A stretch of 64,000 bases of DNA from Macrostomum lignano (GCA_002269645.1 NIVC01003094.1:55794-119793), one strand, 5' to 3'. Counted from the stretch's first letter, positions 50,065 to 62,850 are shown. Notes: generated by a model not told the origin, from the letters alone. Made by a program: numbers and translations.

Positions 50065-50126
50065 TTAGGGTTAGGTTAGGGTTAGGGTTAGGGTTAGGGT
50101 TAGGCTTAGGCTAGGGTTAGGGTTAG
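50065..50126 (+). repeat. Interstitial telomere-like (TTAGGG)n tract, ~10 imperfect units
   Basis: Direct reading. Confidence 0.9.
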
Positions 50127-51447
50127 AAGGTTGACAGATATTTTTAGATTTCCAAGGCTTATTGGGGGCATTGCTGAGATGTCAAGGGGGAAGTTGATAT
50201 GTTAAAGCTTGTGGGGGGGAATTACTGACATGTCGAGGCTTACAAGGTTTGACAGGAGATTTTTTAAGATTTCAAGGATACATGTAGCTTATTAAAAAAA
50301 CGTGTATTGCATTTCTTTGGCTCCCCAACGGGGGGCGTAGATTGCTAGTATCTAATCTATTTATAACTATTAGTATTAATACACTAATTGATGTTACATT
50401 TATGCAATTTGATAACTTTACGAGGCCTATAGGCCTTAGCTAAATCTATATATTTGCATTTTGAAAAAAGCAAGTAATGATTACATTCTTCTACAATTAC
50501 ATTTGTTTTGATATCTTGATTTTTATATTTGGAAGCACATTTTAAAAATATTTGGAAAAAAATTCCAAATCCAAAATTTTCCAACTGTGACCTGTTCAAC
50601 TGTCTAGCCTATGGCAAGCTGCGAATTGTCCATGTTCTACCTTGCAGCTTCTTCCCCATATCTCTGCTTCTCTTTTGCTTGTTATTGCCACTTGAGCTTA
50701 GCTTAGATTGTACATAATATAGAATATAGATATACATGTAACTTAGTAATCTGCACCCTCCATTCAAAATTTTCTAGATCCACACCTGTTAACAATTTAA
50801 TAATAATAGGTTTTGATATTTATGGCCCAGTGTATTTCCAATAATTAATATTGCGCATAAAATTAAAATTTCATGGTGATAAATGAGAAATTATTAACAT
50901 AACAGAATAACCATGAGTTTACGACATTGACAGGAACCACATTTTAAATATTGCTTTTAATTTAAATCTGGGTTTTTTGCTAGGTCGGTTATGCCATTTA
51001 GCATAATTACTTAATTTTTTTATTTGGATTATATGCCATCTAAACATATAATCCAAATGTAGAAGATGGCTCTATTCGTCTTTATCTATGCCATCTTCTT
51101 GCAATTGCTATGGCACATTAGTCACACCAAAAACCAACTAGGGACACCTACTTATGTCTCATGATATGCAGCAAGATTAGCAGACGACAGCATGCATACA
51201 TGCTTGCTAATTAAAAGAATAATGTGTCAATTGGTCTATTTTAAAGAAAGATAATTATCTACGAAAATTAGCAGAGTTAAAACAAAGTAAATAATATATG
51301 TATTTATTTTTCTGCCTTGTAGTAAATTAGTGTTTCTTCTTGAAATATTTTCTATAATAAAAAACTTTTTACCATAGTGTTGCGATGATCTTGCAGCTAG
51401 TAATTTAATAGTGGTCCGTAAGAAAGATTTTTGATAGGTTGTCTGCA

Positions 51448-52513
51448 GGGCTTCCCTTCACAAGCGCTAATTTTCATAAGCGCTAACTCACCTACTTTCA
51501 CAAGCGCTAAATTTCACAAACGCTAAACTTCATAACCGCTAACTCACTTACTTTCACAAGCGCTAAACTTCACAAGCGCTAAACTTCATAATAGCTACAA
51601 ATTCGCCACCTACTTTCACAAACGCTAAATTTCACAAGCGCTAAACTTCAGAATAGCGAAACCACCTACTTTCACAAGCGCTAAACTTCACAAGCGCTAA
51701 ACTTCACATTAGCTACGAATTTGTCACCTACTTTCACAAGCGCTAAACTTCACATAGCTAAACTTCACAACCGCTAAAACACAAATGTCGCCTACTTTCA
51801 CAAGCGCTAAACTTCACATAGCTAAACTTCACAACCGCTAAAACACAAATGTCGCCTACTTTCACAAGCGCTAAACTTCACAATCGCTAAAACACAAATG
51901 TCGCCTACTTTCACAAGCGCTAAACTTCACAAACGCTAAACTTCACAACCGCTAAAACACAAATGTCGCCTACTTTCACAAGCGCTAAACTTCACATAGC
52001 TAAACTTCACAACCGCTAAAACACAAATGTCGCCTACTTCCTACTTTCACAAGCGCTAAACTTCACAAACGCTAACCTTTACACAAGGACTTCTAGACTA
52101 GTTAGTCTAGAAGTCCTTGCCTTTACAATCCCCAAAACACGAATGTCGGTTTCTTTTACAAGCGCTAAAATGTTAATTTACTGTATATACTAATATACTA
52201 ATACTAATATACTATTTTAGCGCTTGTGAAAGTAGACGACATTCGTGCTTAGTGTTTGTGAAGTTTAGCGCTTATGAAGTTTAGCGCTTGTGAAAGTAGC
52301 CGACATTCGTATTTTAGCGGTTTTTAACGTTTAGCGCTTGTGAAGTTTAGCGGTTGTGAAGTTTAGCGGTTGTGAAGTTTAGCGGTTGTGAAGTTTAGCG
52401 TTTGTGAAAGTAGGTGGTTTCGCTATTCTGAAGTGTAGCGCTTGTGAAATTTAGCGCTTGTGAAAGTCAATGTCGTTAGCGGTTATGGAAATTAGCGCTT
52501 GTGAAAGCGACCC
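51448..52513. mobile_element. Foldback-type element: long modular inverted arms, GGG..CCC ends, 7-bp TSD GTCTGCA
   Basis: Left arm repeats CTTTCACAAGCGCTAAA, right arm repeats its reverse complement, AT spacer ~52171-52212. GTCTGCA at 51441-51447 and 52514-52520. Confidence 0.88.
52084..52119. mobile_element. 36-bp palindrome (17-bp arms, 2-nt loop) flanked by an 8-bp direct repeat
   Basis: CAAGGACTTCTAGACTA-GT-TAGTCTAGAAGTCCTTG; CCTTTACA at 52076-52083 and 52120-52127. Confidence 0.8.
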
Positions 52514-54379
52514 GTCTGCAGTTGTGCCACAACCACAGAGCCTTTAAAGTCGCACTAAAGAATAAAGATACATGGGTTGTACTTTACTTATTCCGAATAC
52601 TAAATACCCAATTTTGTACTATACATGTAAATACATTTTATGTTGTCCTTTCGTGTACCTAAGGTAAAAAATTATCTACATGGATACGACTATGGTGTTG
52701 TCGATAATTGTGTTATAACCGCTTTTTTACCCTTGATACTCGCACTGGTTTGGAAATACTTATTACAGGTCCCCCAATAGACCGCGCCTGCGAACTCTTT
52801 CTATTAAGATAAAATTTGACGATTAACTGATCACATCTACACGCACACTTTTGCGAAACTATATATATGATAGTATATGTATGGATTTCTGGATTATTTA
52901 GGCTAAAAAGCTAGCTGGACGTTGCTGCAACATGTAATCTAAAAAATAAAATATATGCAAAGAAGTGCTACGTTTACCATTTTTATGGAAAGTTAGTGAA
53001 TCACATTTGTTGGGAAAATTAAGTATTCAAGCAACAATACACTGATAGTCAAGCAGTTAATTTTAGCAGTTTTTCGCTAAAAACTTAATCTGTTAAATTT
53101 ATACTAGCCTTACTATACAGTGTGTATTTTACGTTCAGCGATTCTGCGATTAGCTATTATAGCTATAATTTTATTGCGGTACATAGGTACATGGACAAAT
53201 ATCTCTGGCCCTGATCTTTCCCGAAATGGAATGGTTCTATAGGTCTTGAATTTTTTTATGAATGACAAGCAGTCAAGAAAATTTCAATGCAATTCCATGA
53301 ATAGAATTTAAATTGCAAAAATTACTTTTTTATAACGTGCATATGAAGCGCCTGCTAAAATCGGCAAGGGCAGGGAAGGCTATACAATCTGCATTTCCCC
53401 TGTGAGACTAGACCTTGCCATGAAGTAAAGGGTATTTGCTCGCTTTTTCGAAAACTTAAGACAAGCTGCCTTTGTGGCACTTGTGCAGCCACGCAGAGCT
53501 GCCAGACGGCTCTGAGAACCCAGAAATCTATGCAAGGAGAAAACAAGCCTAACGCCAGCAGGCCTCCTTTCCCACCGGACTGGTTTGAGCTGGAAGAACT
53601 GTTTGCTCACTTCACTGTGACCCAAAATGCCCACGGTTAGTAAGCTCCCAATGCCAAACCGTCAACAGCCAGACGCTTCTGCTGAGTTGTCCAACTTCCA
53701 AGTCTCTCTTTCTCGTCCGGGCTCCTTTGAATACCACACCAGAATTCTGGGAGTTCCCACGAATGAATTGGCCGATGGAGATTTCGACCCACCGCACAGT
53801 CTGAGACTCATTTCCCCAATCTCTTCCTACCTATCAAACATATTCCATTCTCTCTCCCTAGATCCGAACGCCCGTTCCAGGCCTTTCCCTCCAAATTTGC
53901 AGCCAATTTCTTGGAGTCGGCTTTTTAAGCTACCCAGCGCTGAATAATAGATTCTCGTCAAACACGAACCGCGGCGCGGAAGCTCTAAAATAGAAGAGAA
54001 ATCGAAAGCTGGCCTCTGTAACTTTCCCAGGTGGCTGTCCTGCAACTTTGGCCACCTTTTGCCGATGGGAAGAAGAATCGATAGCCAGATGGGAGCAGAT
54101 AGAGCATTAGTTCCATCAACTATCCGAAGGTATTTCCTTTCGGAATTAAAATAATCCTAGCTAGTGCATGGAATTTTCTTACACTGTAGCATAAATTTGA
54201 AGCTTGATAAAGATGACTGCCGCCTTGCTGCTAAAGCCAAAGCTTTCTTTACTTAAGAATCCAAACAGTGGAGGTCGGAGAAAATCCAGAGTTGGGTTTC
54301 ATTTTCCACATCGAATGCCGGGTCACGGGTTTGCAAGCTGGCCTCTACAGGCTTATCGAACTGACATCGATCATAATTT

Positions 54380-57300
54380 GATACATGGATAATGAGACAT
54401 GCTCCATTTTTACGTTCCATATTTATATGAAGCTTTAACTGCCATACAGTGCCGTATCGGTTTTCATCTTTGTCCTTAATCTCTGCTACTTGAATTGGGT
54501 ATCAGAGTTCATTCTAATATCGATGTACCCAGAGATACTCGTATAAGCCCTCTTCCCAATGTTTACTTTTCTAACGAAAGCGCATTATACTCGTAGTAGG
54601 ACGAATATTGCATGGTGTTCAATAGTCAAGATTCCTTGAATATCGCAAATGACCTCCTGTCGTTTGAACATGCGAGTCAGATAAAGTATTGTTTATCCGA
54701 ATACATCTTCATGTCATTACCCAAGGCTGAACTATCGCTCATCCAGTCTCCCTCTCCCACACATACAAGCGGACGTTGTCCCTAGATCGTTCCATCTGTC
54801 CATCATACGCATGCTAATAGAATTCCTCCCTTTTGGTCGCTTGTCCGATTCCTTGGACAGTTGTGTTTAGTTATGTGTTTAGTTAACTTGACTAGAGGAC
54901 AAGCCAAATGCTGTCCTGGGGCCCGAATTCAGGACTAAATAAGCTTGTGAGCCGCGGATTGCAAAGGGTATATGCTATCGTTTAGCGATATGTGTAGTGA
55001 CGTACTAACAAGCAAATAAATATTTTGTATAACTTTCTGTACCAAATTTTACTTTCTAATTTAATAGCTAAGTTAAAGTACGAAACACTTTCTTGAACGT
55101 ATGGACAAGGACGACTAAAGTAACATATATATAAAACGCAAGACTCAACTTTCGTGGAAAGCTCGTTGGAGGCCAATTTTCGTCATCGTTTGCATAGCCG
55201 AAATAGAAATCGGCTTTCAATGATATTTTCACCAATTCTGAGTCTTGCGTCCTTCTTACTTTAGTAGTCCATGCGTATAGAATTTCCCGCGTCGAGTACC
55301 CATACTTAATAATGATAAATTTTAGTCACTCGTGGCAAAAATAATCATTGTCTACCTTTAAAACCATATACCCAATCTACCATTGCTGCACGATAACTCA
55401 TCCGACGACAGTGATTCCTTCACGTTCACTCGTACGTGAAGGACATCGTGCACTCGTGCGCACTCCAGACCGTGCTGGAATCATTCAATGTCTATGGAAC
55501 CATCTCCGCGGCGATTCTGGATAGACATTCTTCTCGTTTCATGGAATAATACGCTAGTAAATGGGAGGGCTTCATAAGACCGAAACTTCACAACGCCGAA
55601 ATATCTTATTGCACAAGACCGAAACTTCATAAGACCGAAATTTCCCTATGCCAAAAATTCTACATGGTCCTTGTTATATATTGAGTTTTCTACGATGTGA
55701 AATTTCGGTCTTATGAAGTTTCGGTCCTATTAAGGACGAATCAGTAGTTTCCGGCGTTGTGAAATTTCTGTCTTGTAAAAGAGACCCAATAAATGTATTC
55801 CACGCAAGAATATACAATTAATACGCTCATATTAATATAGTCAGCTCAGTAGTAGGCTAAGTTTTTGCCTAGACCAGACTAGATAGATCCGTCTATGGTA
55901 GGCTGGCCTTTCTGCATACCAAATCCAAGTCTGGGCTCGCTTTGCAAGACCGGACTACCATAGACAGCTTTCTGGATACGGCCATTCATATAGCTCATAA
56001 TCCACGACGCTACCGCTCGAGTAGTTTCAAAAATGGCAACCGAACGTTCCATACTGAGATTGGTACATCCACTATAAAATAGCGAATTTGATGTCATTGA
56101 CTGGACGATAGCCAGCAGAAAAAATCAAGAAATCCGAAAGTGTATTTCTATGTAACATCAACCTTGTAAAAAGAATGTGGCACTCAATGTAAAAAGAGTC
56201 GTTCGTAAGAGCTTTTCTGTAGTGAGAACTGTAGAGTACTCTTGAAGTAAATTATTATAAGCAGGTGGCGCCCCGAGGAAGTGCCAGTCAATGAAATTCT
56301 GCCCCTCTGACTGTCATTCAAAACATCTTTCCACATTGCTCAAAAGCATATTTGACCATAAATACGAGTTAGCAAATACCTGCTCCACTGCATGCTTAGA
56401 AATTAATTAATCAAGATCCGAAAATGATGCAGGCGCCAACAAAGAAAACAGATCGATTTCTCTTTTCTGTTTTTACGCACGATTGAATTCACAAAGAACA
56501 CAAGAAAATCATTATCGCACCTGAACAAACTATGGCTTTATGAATGGAAAATACACAGAGAACTGAGAAGGCGGAAATCGATCAAAGTATCCAAAAGATT
56601 AAGATGGGCACAAGAGAGTCTGAAAGCCCAATCCGATCGAGGCGGCAGGTTCAGAGCAGCTGAGTTTGTCCTGTCTTTGAAGCATCAGTGCCAACCCACA
56701 CTGAGAGCGCGGGCGTCTTCTATAACACCAAAGCCGCAAATCTCTCCTGCAATAAAAAGATTATGGGCTCCGCTGGAGGGGATCGGAGGCCGTCTCGGCG
56801 CGAGCGGATCTTCATAAATCACCTGGTATTGCTGCAGTCTCAGCTGTCAAGCGCCCCCCCCCCCTCGGAGCAGAGTGTTATCTTTTTTCTACCTGGATTT
56901 CTCCTTTTACACCGTTTGGTCACTTCAGCTGCCTCTCTGGATGCACTTATAATACACTACGCTCACACTCGCAATGCATTATTAATCTGCGGACACCGAA
57001 AAAGCGGATCTATCGAATGAAAATAGAATATATTTTTTTCTTGTCGCTAAAATTTTGCCAGCGATTTTTGAGAAGGCTCAAACTCAAAATAAAATAGTAT
57101 AAAATCCACGGCTAGATGCATGCCCAAGTTTTTGCACCGCAGGAATAACGATATGAACAACCGCAGTGACTAAGCCTGCATGTTACAATAGCTTGAGTTG
57201 TTTCTAGTCTCCATTAACCTGACCAGTTCTTAAATGCACCATCAAGTTCCTCTTTCCTCAGTTGCATCATTTATGAGCAGAGAACGGGTGAACCTTACAA

Positions 57301-59230
57301 ATGGCAGGTATTCAAATCGGGAACTGTCTGTCTCTCGCTAGCTCAGTATCACTAGCATAATTTCTATCCCATCTTGGGAAGCTGCTGATCCTACCAGCCC
57401 AGCTTATCCTGCAGCGAAACATGCAGCTGGATAGGGACAGGAAGAATTCCGGGAAGTAGTTTCACAGCTGCCACTGTTTGCGGACTTCACCCTGTATAAT
57501 CGCCAGCCGCACTGGATGACTGACAATCGAGTGCAGAGGCTGGTGGCTGAGCTGGGGGGGAAGGGGCTCTCCTTGCCTTGTCACGCCCAGAGCCCGCCGG
57601 GCAGACGCCCTCTCAGCATCAGTTGCCACGAGTCCATTAAGCAGACCGAAGCGCTGCTACAGCTGTCTACTAAATCCCTACGAGCTCAAATTTTATTATT
57701 TTATGTCGAATTGTCCTTGCAAAGACTGCGCATCGGGTTCGTTGAGTTTTTAGCACCCCCCCCCCACAATTCACTGGATCCCGATCTCGGTGCTTGACTG
57801 CCCCAGTTCCGATGCCAAGTCCAAGTCCATATTCGGAGACAGATATATCCTCAGGTCTTGAGTGAATAATTGCTGCTGAGTTATCCAGGAGATTGATAAT
57901 GGCTAGAAAGTGTTTGGAGAAATAATCTAGAAAATCTGGGCTGACATCCTAACTGGGCATTGAATTTAATTGAATTGCCTCTACACGAGGTCATACAGCA
58001 GTTCCGGGAGCTCATCATGACCCCCTTTCAGACCCGCGGCACCGCGACAAAAAGGCCTGCAGTGGCAGGAATCCTGATCAATGGATGTTTGCAATAAAAT
58101 GTTGTCGCAAGATACGAACGTGTCGATTAGAAATACATAGTAAATATTAAGTGTATTGTACGAGCGTATGTGCATGTATAAATGAAACACAGAAGTATAT
58201 ACGAGTTCTTGTGTGTTTGCGTTGTAGCCCAATCACGTCGGTGGGCCTGGGCCAGTTCCGGCGACCGAGACTTTGGTCTCGAGAAAGGTAGTGACCTCCT
58301 GATCTGAGGCTGGGTCCAGAGAGCCAAAGGGGTCAGTTGCCCTACGTGCCAGCTAATAAAAACTTTGGCACCTGCACATGAAAACTGCGTCGATAATTTA
58401 GGCTTGTCTTACTCCACTCTGTCTTAAAATGTGAGATCGTGACACCCGTCTGAGACAAAAAACAGATTTCAGAGAAGTAGACCACAGGCTTGACACAGCG
58501 GCTTCTATTCAGAACTACCTCCCACGGTTTCCATTCCATTTTTGAAGCCGCTGTTTGGGTACATGCTGCCGCGTTAAGATACCCTGCTGTTGACACAAAG
58601 GGATCGGAATTAGACAAAGCAAATTATCGACATTTCCCAACTAGCAGGATAACATGGGATCCTTACGCAGAGCTCTTTCCGTCCTTCTGCTCCACTTTTT
58701 TCCGACGCTTCAATCGTCAAACGCTTTGTGCCAAACCAAACAAGAAATGGTGGAATTTGAGATGAAGTGGTAATTGAAACTTGTGACGCTGCCGACGTAG
58801 AGCAGAGAGCAACAGGGATGCTGCTTCCTGATCCCGGATAGTCCAGTATCCATGCTTCGCCAAATGCTTTCCTGCTCTCTCTATTTCAGCTCCTATACGC
58901 AAATATCTAAAACACGTCGAAGCATCGATCGGCGAAACCGGACGTAATTTTCGGGCCCCTCGCAGCTATCCCAGCCACCTCATTCACCCCCCAATTCGCC
59001 GCAGTCCTCCGCTCATCTCTACTTAAGCTCGAAATTCGTCTCCCTAAACAGAGCTTTTTCAACAAGTCGTACACGACGGAGTGAAAAAAACAGTAGACGA
59101 AGAAACTTCTAACGTTAATTAATAGGAAAACTCAGCAAACACAGTCCCCTATACGCCCGCGCCTTCTCTTTCTCGTCACTGCTTCTTTTACAAACACAAC
59201 ATGAGAGGCTCTGTTTTCTGATACCACTGG
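54380..59230 (-). mobile_element. Very degenerate Gypsy-like LTR retrotransposon relic
   Basis: Minus-strand order: CA-g-TGGTATCAGA PBS-like (59217-59229); FLIDT protease-like (58119-58133); TDASKTG RNase H-like (56670-56690); RDNVRLYVW..WVMT*RC integrase zinc-finger-like (~54690-54790). RT motifs are not convincing and no LTR pair was found. Confidence 0.4.
55563..55787. mobile_element. 225-bp foldback MITE of the same design as 51448-52513
   Basis: GGG..CCC ends; inverted modules TTCATAAGACCGAAA / TTTCGGTCTTATGAA; flanks AGTAAAT / AATAAAT (6/7 match). Confidence 0.75.
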
Positions 59231-61583
59231 CCCACCAAAAAATTTCCGCCCAACTTTTCCATAATAGTTTGGAAATTTAGGCTACGAATTCATTGAAGAG
59301 GGCGAACGATGCGCAGCCCCCCATTCTGACTCTGACTATGGGGGGCTGACTTTTTTAGGAGTGTTGCCTAAATGCGTTATGACACCTCCGGCCCTCTGTA
59401 TAGCCACCTGTGGTCAGCGCGAGGTGTACCTTGGTGTTGTTGTTCATGGAAGAGTGCGGCCTTACGCTGTCATAATAAGCGTCTTTGACAAAGTCTGGTA
59501 CGAGATGTAAAATTAAAACTGTGGGTTTAGCCCTCCTGAATACGTTTAGTCTGGAATTCGTTTAACTTTGTTTAACGTTTAACTACGTTTAAGTAGTTTT
59601 TAGTTCCTTATATACGCTCTGAGAAGATATGAGAAGACACTATAGCTATATATCTTTGTCCTATATCATTGCTAAAACTGCAGTAGCATGCGTGTGCTGG
59701 AAACATCCGACACTCCATGCTTAACGCATTGACACGCACTTCGATGGCACTTCAGTCAGGATTTTGCATCCTCCAGAATGCCAGTTTCCCACGCCTGGAG
59801 CGATTCTTGTTTGACGTCAAACTAATTGGCAGCTGGCAGGCAATGGGGAATGTCATTTCTTTGTTAGAAATGAAAAAGACTTCCTCACTTCTCTGTAATC
59901 ATGCTCCCCACCCTCGTCACTCTCATGAACTTGCAATGTCATCAGACGGACGGTTCTGCCAGGAAGTGATTGTCGACTGCAGCGAACTCTGGCATCGGTC
60001 TCTTTGTTTGCAGAAATTATTAGTTGCTGCGTCTCTCAAGCAGTCGTCTCATCCAAAACACAGAAACAGGCCCGAGCAGAACTGTAGCTTAAACAGCGGC
60101 AGTTGCAGCTTTAAATTAACCTAAATTGTCTCGACTATCTCATTTCCAATTTCACTGCACTGCGCTCAGGCCTGCAATTTGCTGCGGCTGCTCTTTCGTT
60201 CTAACCTCTTCAGGTCTCAATGGAATTCTATGGATTACTATGCAGAGTAAGTTCAGGAAGAAAGCTATGGCAAGTTCAACTGCAAAGGCGACTGTTTGCT
60301 CTCAGGTGAATATTTACCTGCGAGACGAGACCTTGGCGGTTCAGATTGTAAGTGGAACAAGTCTTTAGTAATATTTTATCTCTAAATCAGCAGAATACTA
60401 TAGTAAGTCTTTTGAGTATTGCTGAAAATCACGGTGACATTCGACAGTCAGCACGGGATTTATGCCAATTTTTCTGACTTCTGAGTACTAGCATACATGC
60501 TCAGAAAAAAGCACACATTCCAAGCTTCGACCAGTAGCCAGAAATTCTCGCACAAACGCCATATTAATTTGAAGCCATGCGAAGTCGAACCCCTCACTTA
60601 CGGTATACTCGTAAGCTTCCAAGCAATGAGCGAAATGCATTTATTCACTCGTAAGAGTTGAAGCCGTCGTGCTCAGCACAAGTAGTTATTCAGAGAAAAG
60701 CGTTGTCCAAATATGAAATCTGAAAACTCAGTTTGAAGCAAAATGTGTGTTAGTTTTAACACTAGTATATAGTTAAATAGTTAGAACGATCTGTGTATAT
60801 TTATGCTTGTTGCAATGGAGATGGCACTGCATTTAGTACTCATAAAAAGTGAAGCATATGCAGTGTGAAGACGGAGCCAGGCCTATATATTTGTTGTCAC
60901 TACACTTAACAACAGACAGGGAGAAGAGGCTTTAAGGTAGCTATGAAATTTCTGCTTCAGATTTACTAGGCAGCTCCGGCTCAAGCTTCTGGGACAAAAA
61001 AATCAAAATAACAACATAAATAATGTGACACCTTAAAACGCAAATGGATTTCATTGCATTACGGTATACGATTTTCATAATATTTTACTCAATGCACAAC
61101 GCGTAACCAAGTCAAATAATAAAAGCAAACTGATTATTCATTCGCTTTTAGGTAAATAGAAAGAAATCCTCACAAAGCATTGATAAATCCAAAGTCTTGA
61201 CGCCCAACTATTTGAATATCACGTGGGGGCGTAAGCTATGAAAATTACGAGCGTAGTAACTCATACGGGATTAAAAGTAAAAAAGCAGGTCAGTGATAAT
61301 TCGCAAGTATATGCAGCATGAATGGTTACAGAAAATGATGTTGTTTTTTCAATAGCTAGAATCAGTTTCAATGGTTTACGCGTCAATTTTTTTTTGATAA
61401 ACCGTGCATAGATGCAAGATATCGCAATAAAAAGCTACTGATAATTTGTTTGTGCTTAGTTTTTACTCACAGTACGCAAATATGCCATAAATAGATATAT
61501 AGTTATGATATCAAAACGGGCGCTATAAAAATATTTTTATTGGTCTCGAGTTCAGAGATTCGAGGCTTTTGTTAAAATCAGGC

Positions 61584-62805
61584 TCACTCCAGCATCTGCT
61601 GCTCCTTTCCCGGCTGGTCCATCAGCTCGATCGCCTCCTCCTGATTGGCCGGATGCTCGTGGATTTCCGGCCTCTGGACTGTACACTGCGGAGCTTCGTC
61701 GACGACAATTTCGTCGCCGTCGTCAGTCCGCCGGTCGCCAGCGCCTGTGACGAAGGTGACTCCGCCGTTTGCGTCGCCACCGCCACCAGCGCTGCTTCCT
61801 CCTCCTCCACCTCCTCCGCCGCCACCGCCACCGCCGCCCTTGCGATCAGCGCGACCACCTTGCCTCTCCGGACGGATTCTGAGCAGGCGAAACGCCTCCG
61901 CCTTGAAGGCTGGCCCAGCCAGGCAGTACAGCAAGAAATGGATTGCGTAATTAAGATTGAACATGCTGTAGCAGCATACCTGGCCCAGGTAAATCAGGTT
62001 CAGAACGATTTTCTTTTGCCTCATAATAGTGTCACGCTTCTCATTCAGCACCACGGTGAGGATGAGGTAGGGTAGCGAGGAAACCAGGTAGAAGATGCTG
62101 GTGCACAGAAGCATTTTCGTGAGGTTGCTGCCGTCCTTCCTCTTGTTCGGCGCTTTGTGCAAATTTTTCTCGCGCTTAGCTTTCACCCGATGCAGCGTGC
62201 GAATAATGAGCAGGTTGGCAATGAGCATGACTAGAAACGGTCCGACTGTTATTAGCGAAGGATCGACGTACTTCACGTACGCTTTCCTAATAAACTCGTC
62301 CTCAGACGAGCAGATTGTTTTGTTGTTGTCGTTTACCATTAGGGTCATGTACCATGGATGTCGGCAGTTGATAAGAGACACTAAACAGGCTATCAGTATG
62401 CACACTAGCTTGGAACGTTTAATCGTGCAAAACTGTCTGGCCTTGAAGGGGCACACGACCCAAACCATCCGATCGATGGTCACGGCCACGAGTACCCAGG
62501 CGCTGATCTGCGTAACAGAATAGTTCAGAAACAGCTGCAGCTTGCAGAGCACTATGTGCGTGTCTCGAAACTGCGTGCTACTGGTGAAGACAGCAGCCGC
62601 CAGGGCCTTTGTTGTCGGGCCGACCAGCAGTACCAGGATGTCAACGGCGGCCAGAACGGTGAAGTAGAAAGCCGTGCTAGTGTTTCGCAGGTTCGGCACG
62701 CGCAGCACCCTGATGGTGAGGATATTGCCGCCAATTCCAAACAGAGCGATTAGACCGGCCAGGCTCATCTCCAGGGCGACCAGGCCTTCGTAGATTTTTG
62801 CTATT
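61584..62805 (-). CDS. Class A (rhodopsin-like) GPCR, FMRFamide/peptide-receptor-like; main coding exon, upstream exon not identified
   Basis: GIGGNILTIRVL (TM1), YFTVLAAVDILVL (TM2), CKLQLF..SAWVLVAVTIDRM (TM3), KYVDPSLITVGPF (TM5), LLCTSIFYLVSSLPY (TM6), NLNYAIHFLLYCLAG (TM7); acceptor ttttag at 62806. Confidence 0.92.
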
Positions 62806-62850
62806 CTAAAATTTGTTATTAGAGAAGAGAACTGTCATAAGTTTGATATC

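Larger units (their letters stand above)
47774..50348 (+). mobile_element. Probable non-autonomous Helitron (A|TC..hairpin-CTAG|T) carrying a satellite array
   Basis: 5' a|tcctatatactaaaa..gtctgtctgt..ggctggaccgattt. 3' GC-rich hairpin 50320-50336, then 8 nt, then CTAG|T at 50345-50349. That both ends belong to one element is inference. Confidence 0.55.

Noticed and set aside
53500-54060. Integrase core or mononegavirus L-protein HR motif in the near-open frame
   Set aside because: Matches were loose; better integrase-like traces lie at 54.4-54.8 kb and the GxxT partner of HR is absent.
56600-56760. Plus-strand QSDRGGRF as an integrase DDE motif
   Set aside because: Spacing to the next motif is off, and the opposite strand gives the RNase H-like TDAS consistent with the other minus-strand motifs.
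59717-60368. 135-aa and 80-aa plus-strand ORFs
   Set aside because: Different frames, no motif, and composition unlike the real exons in this window.
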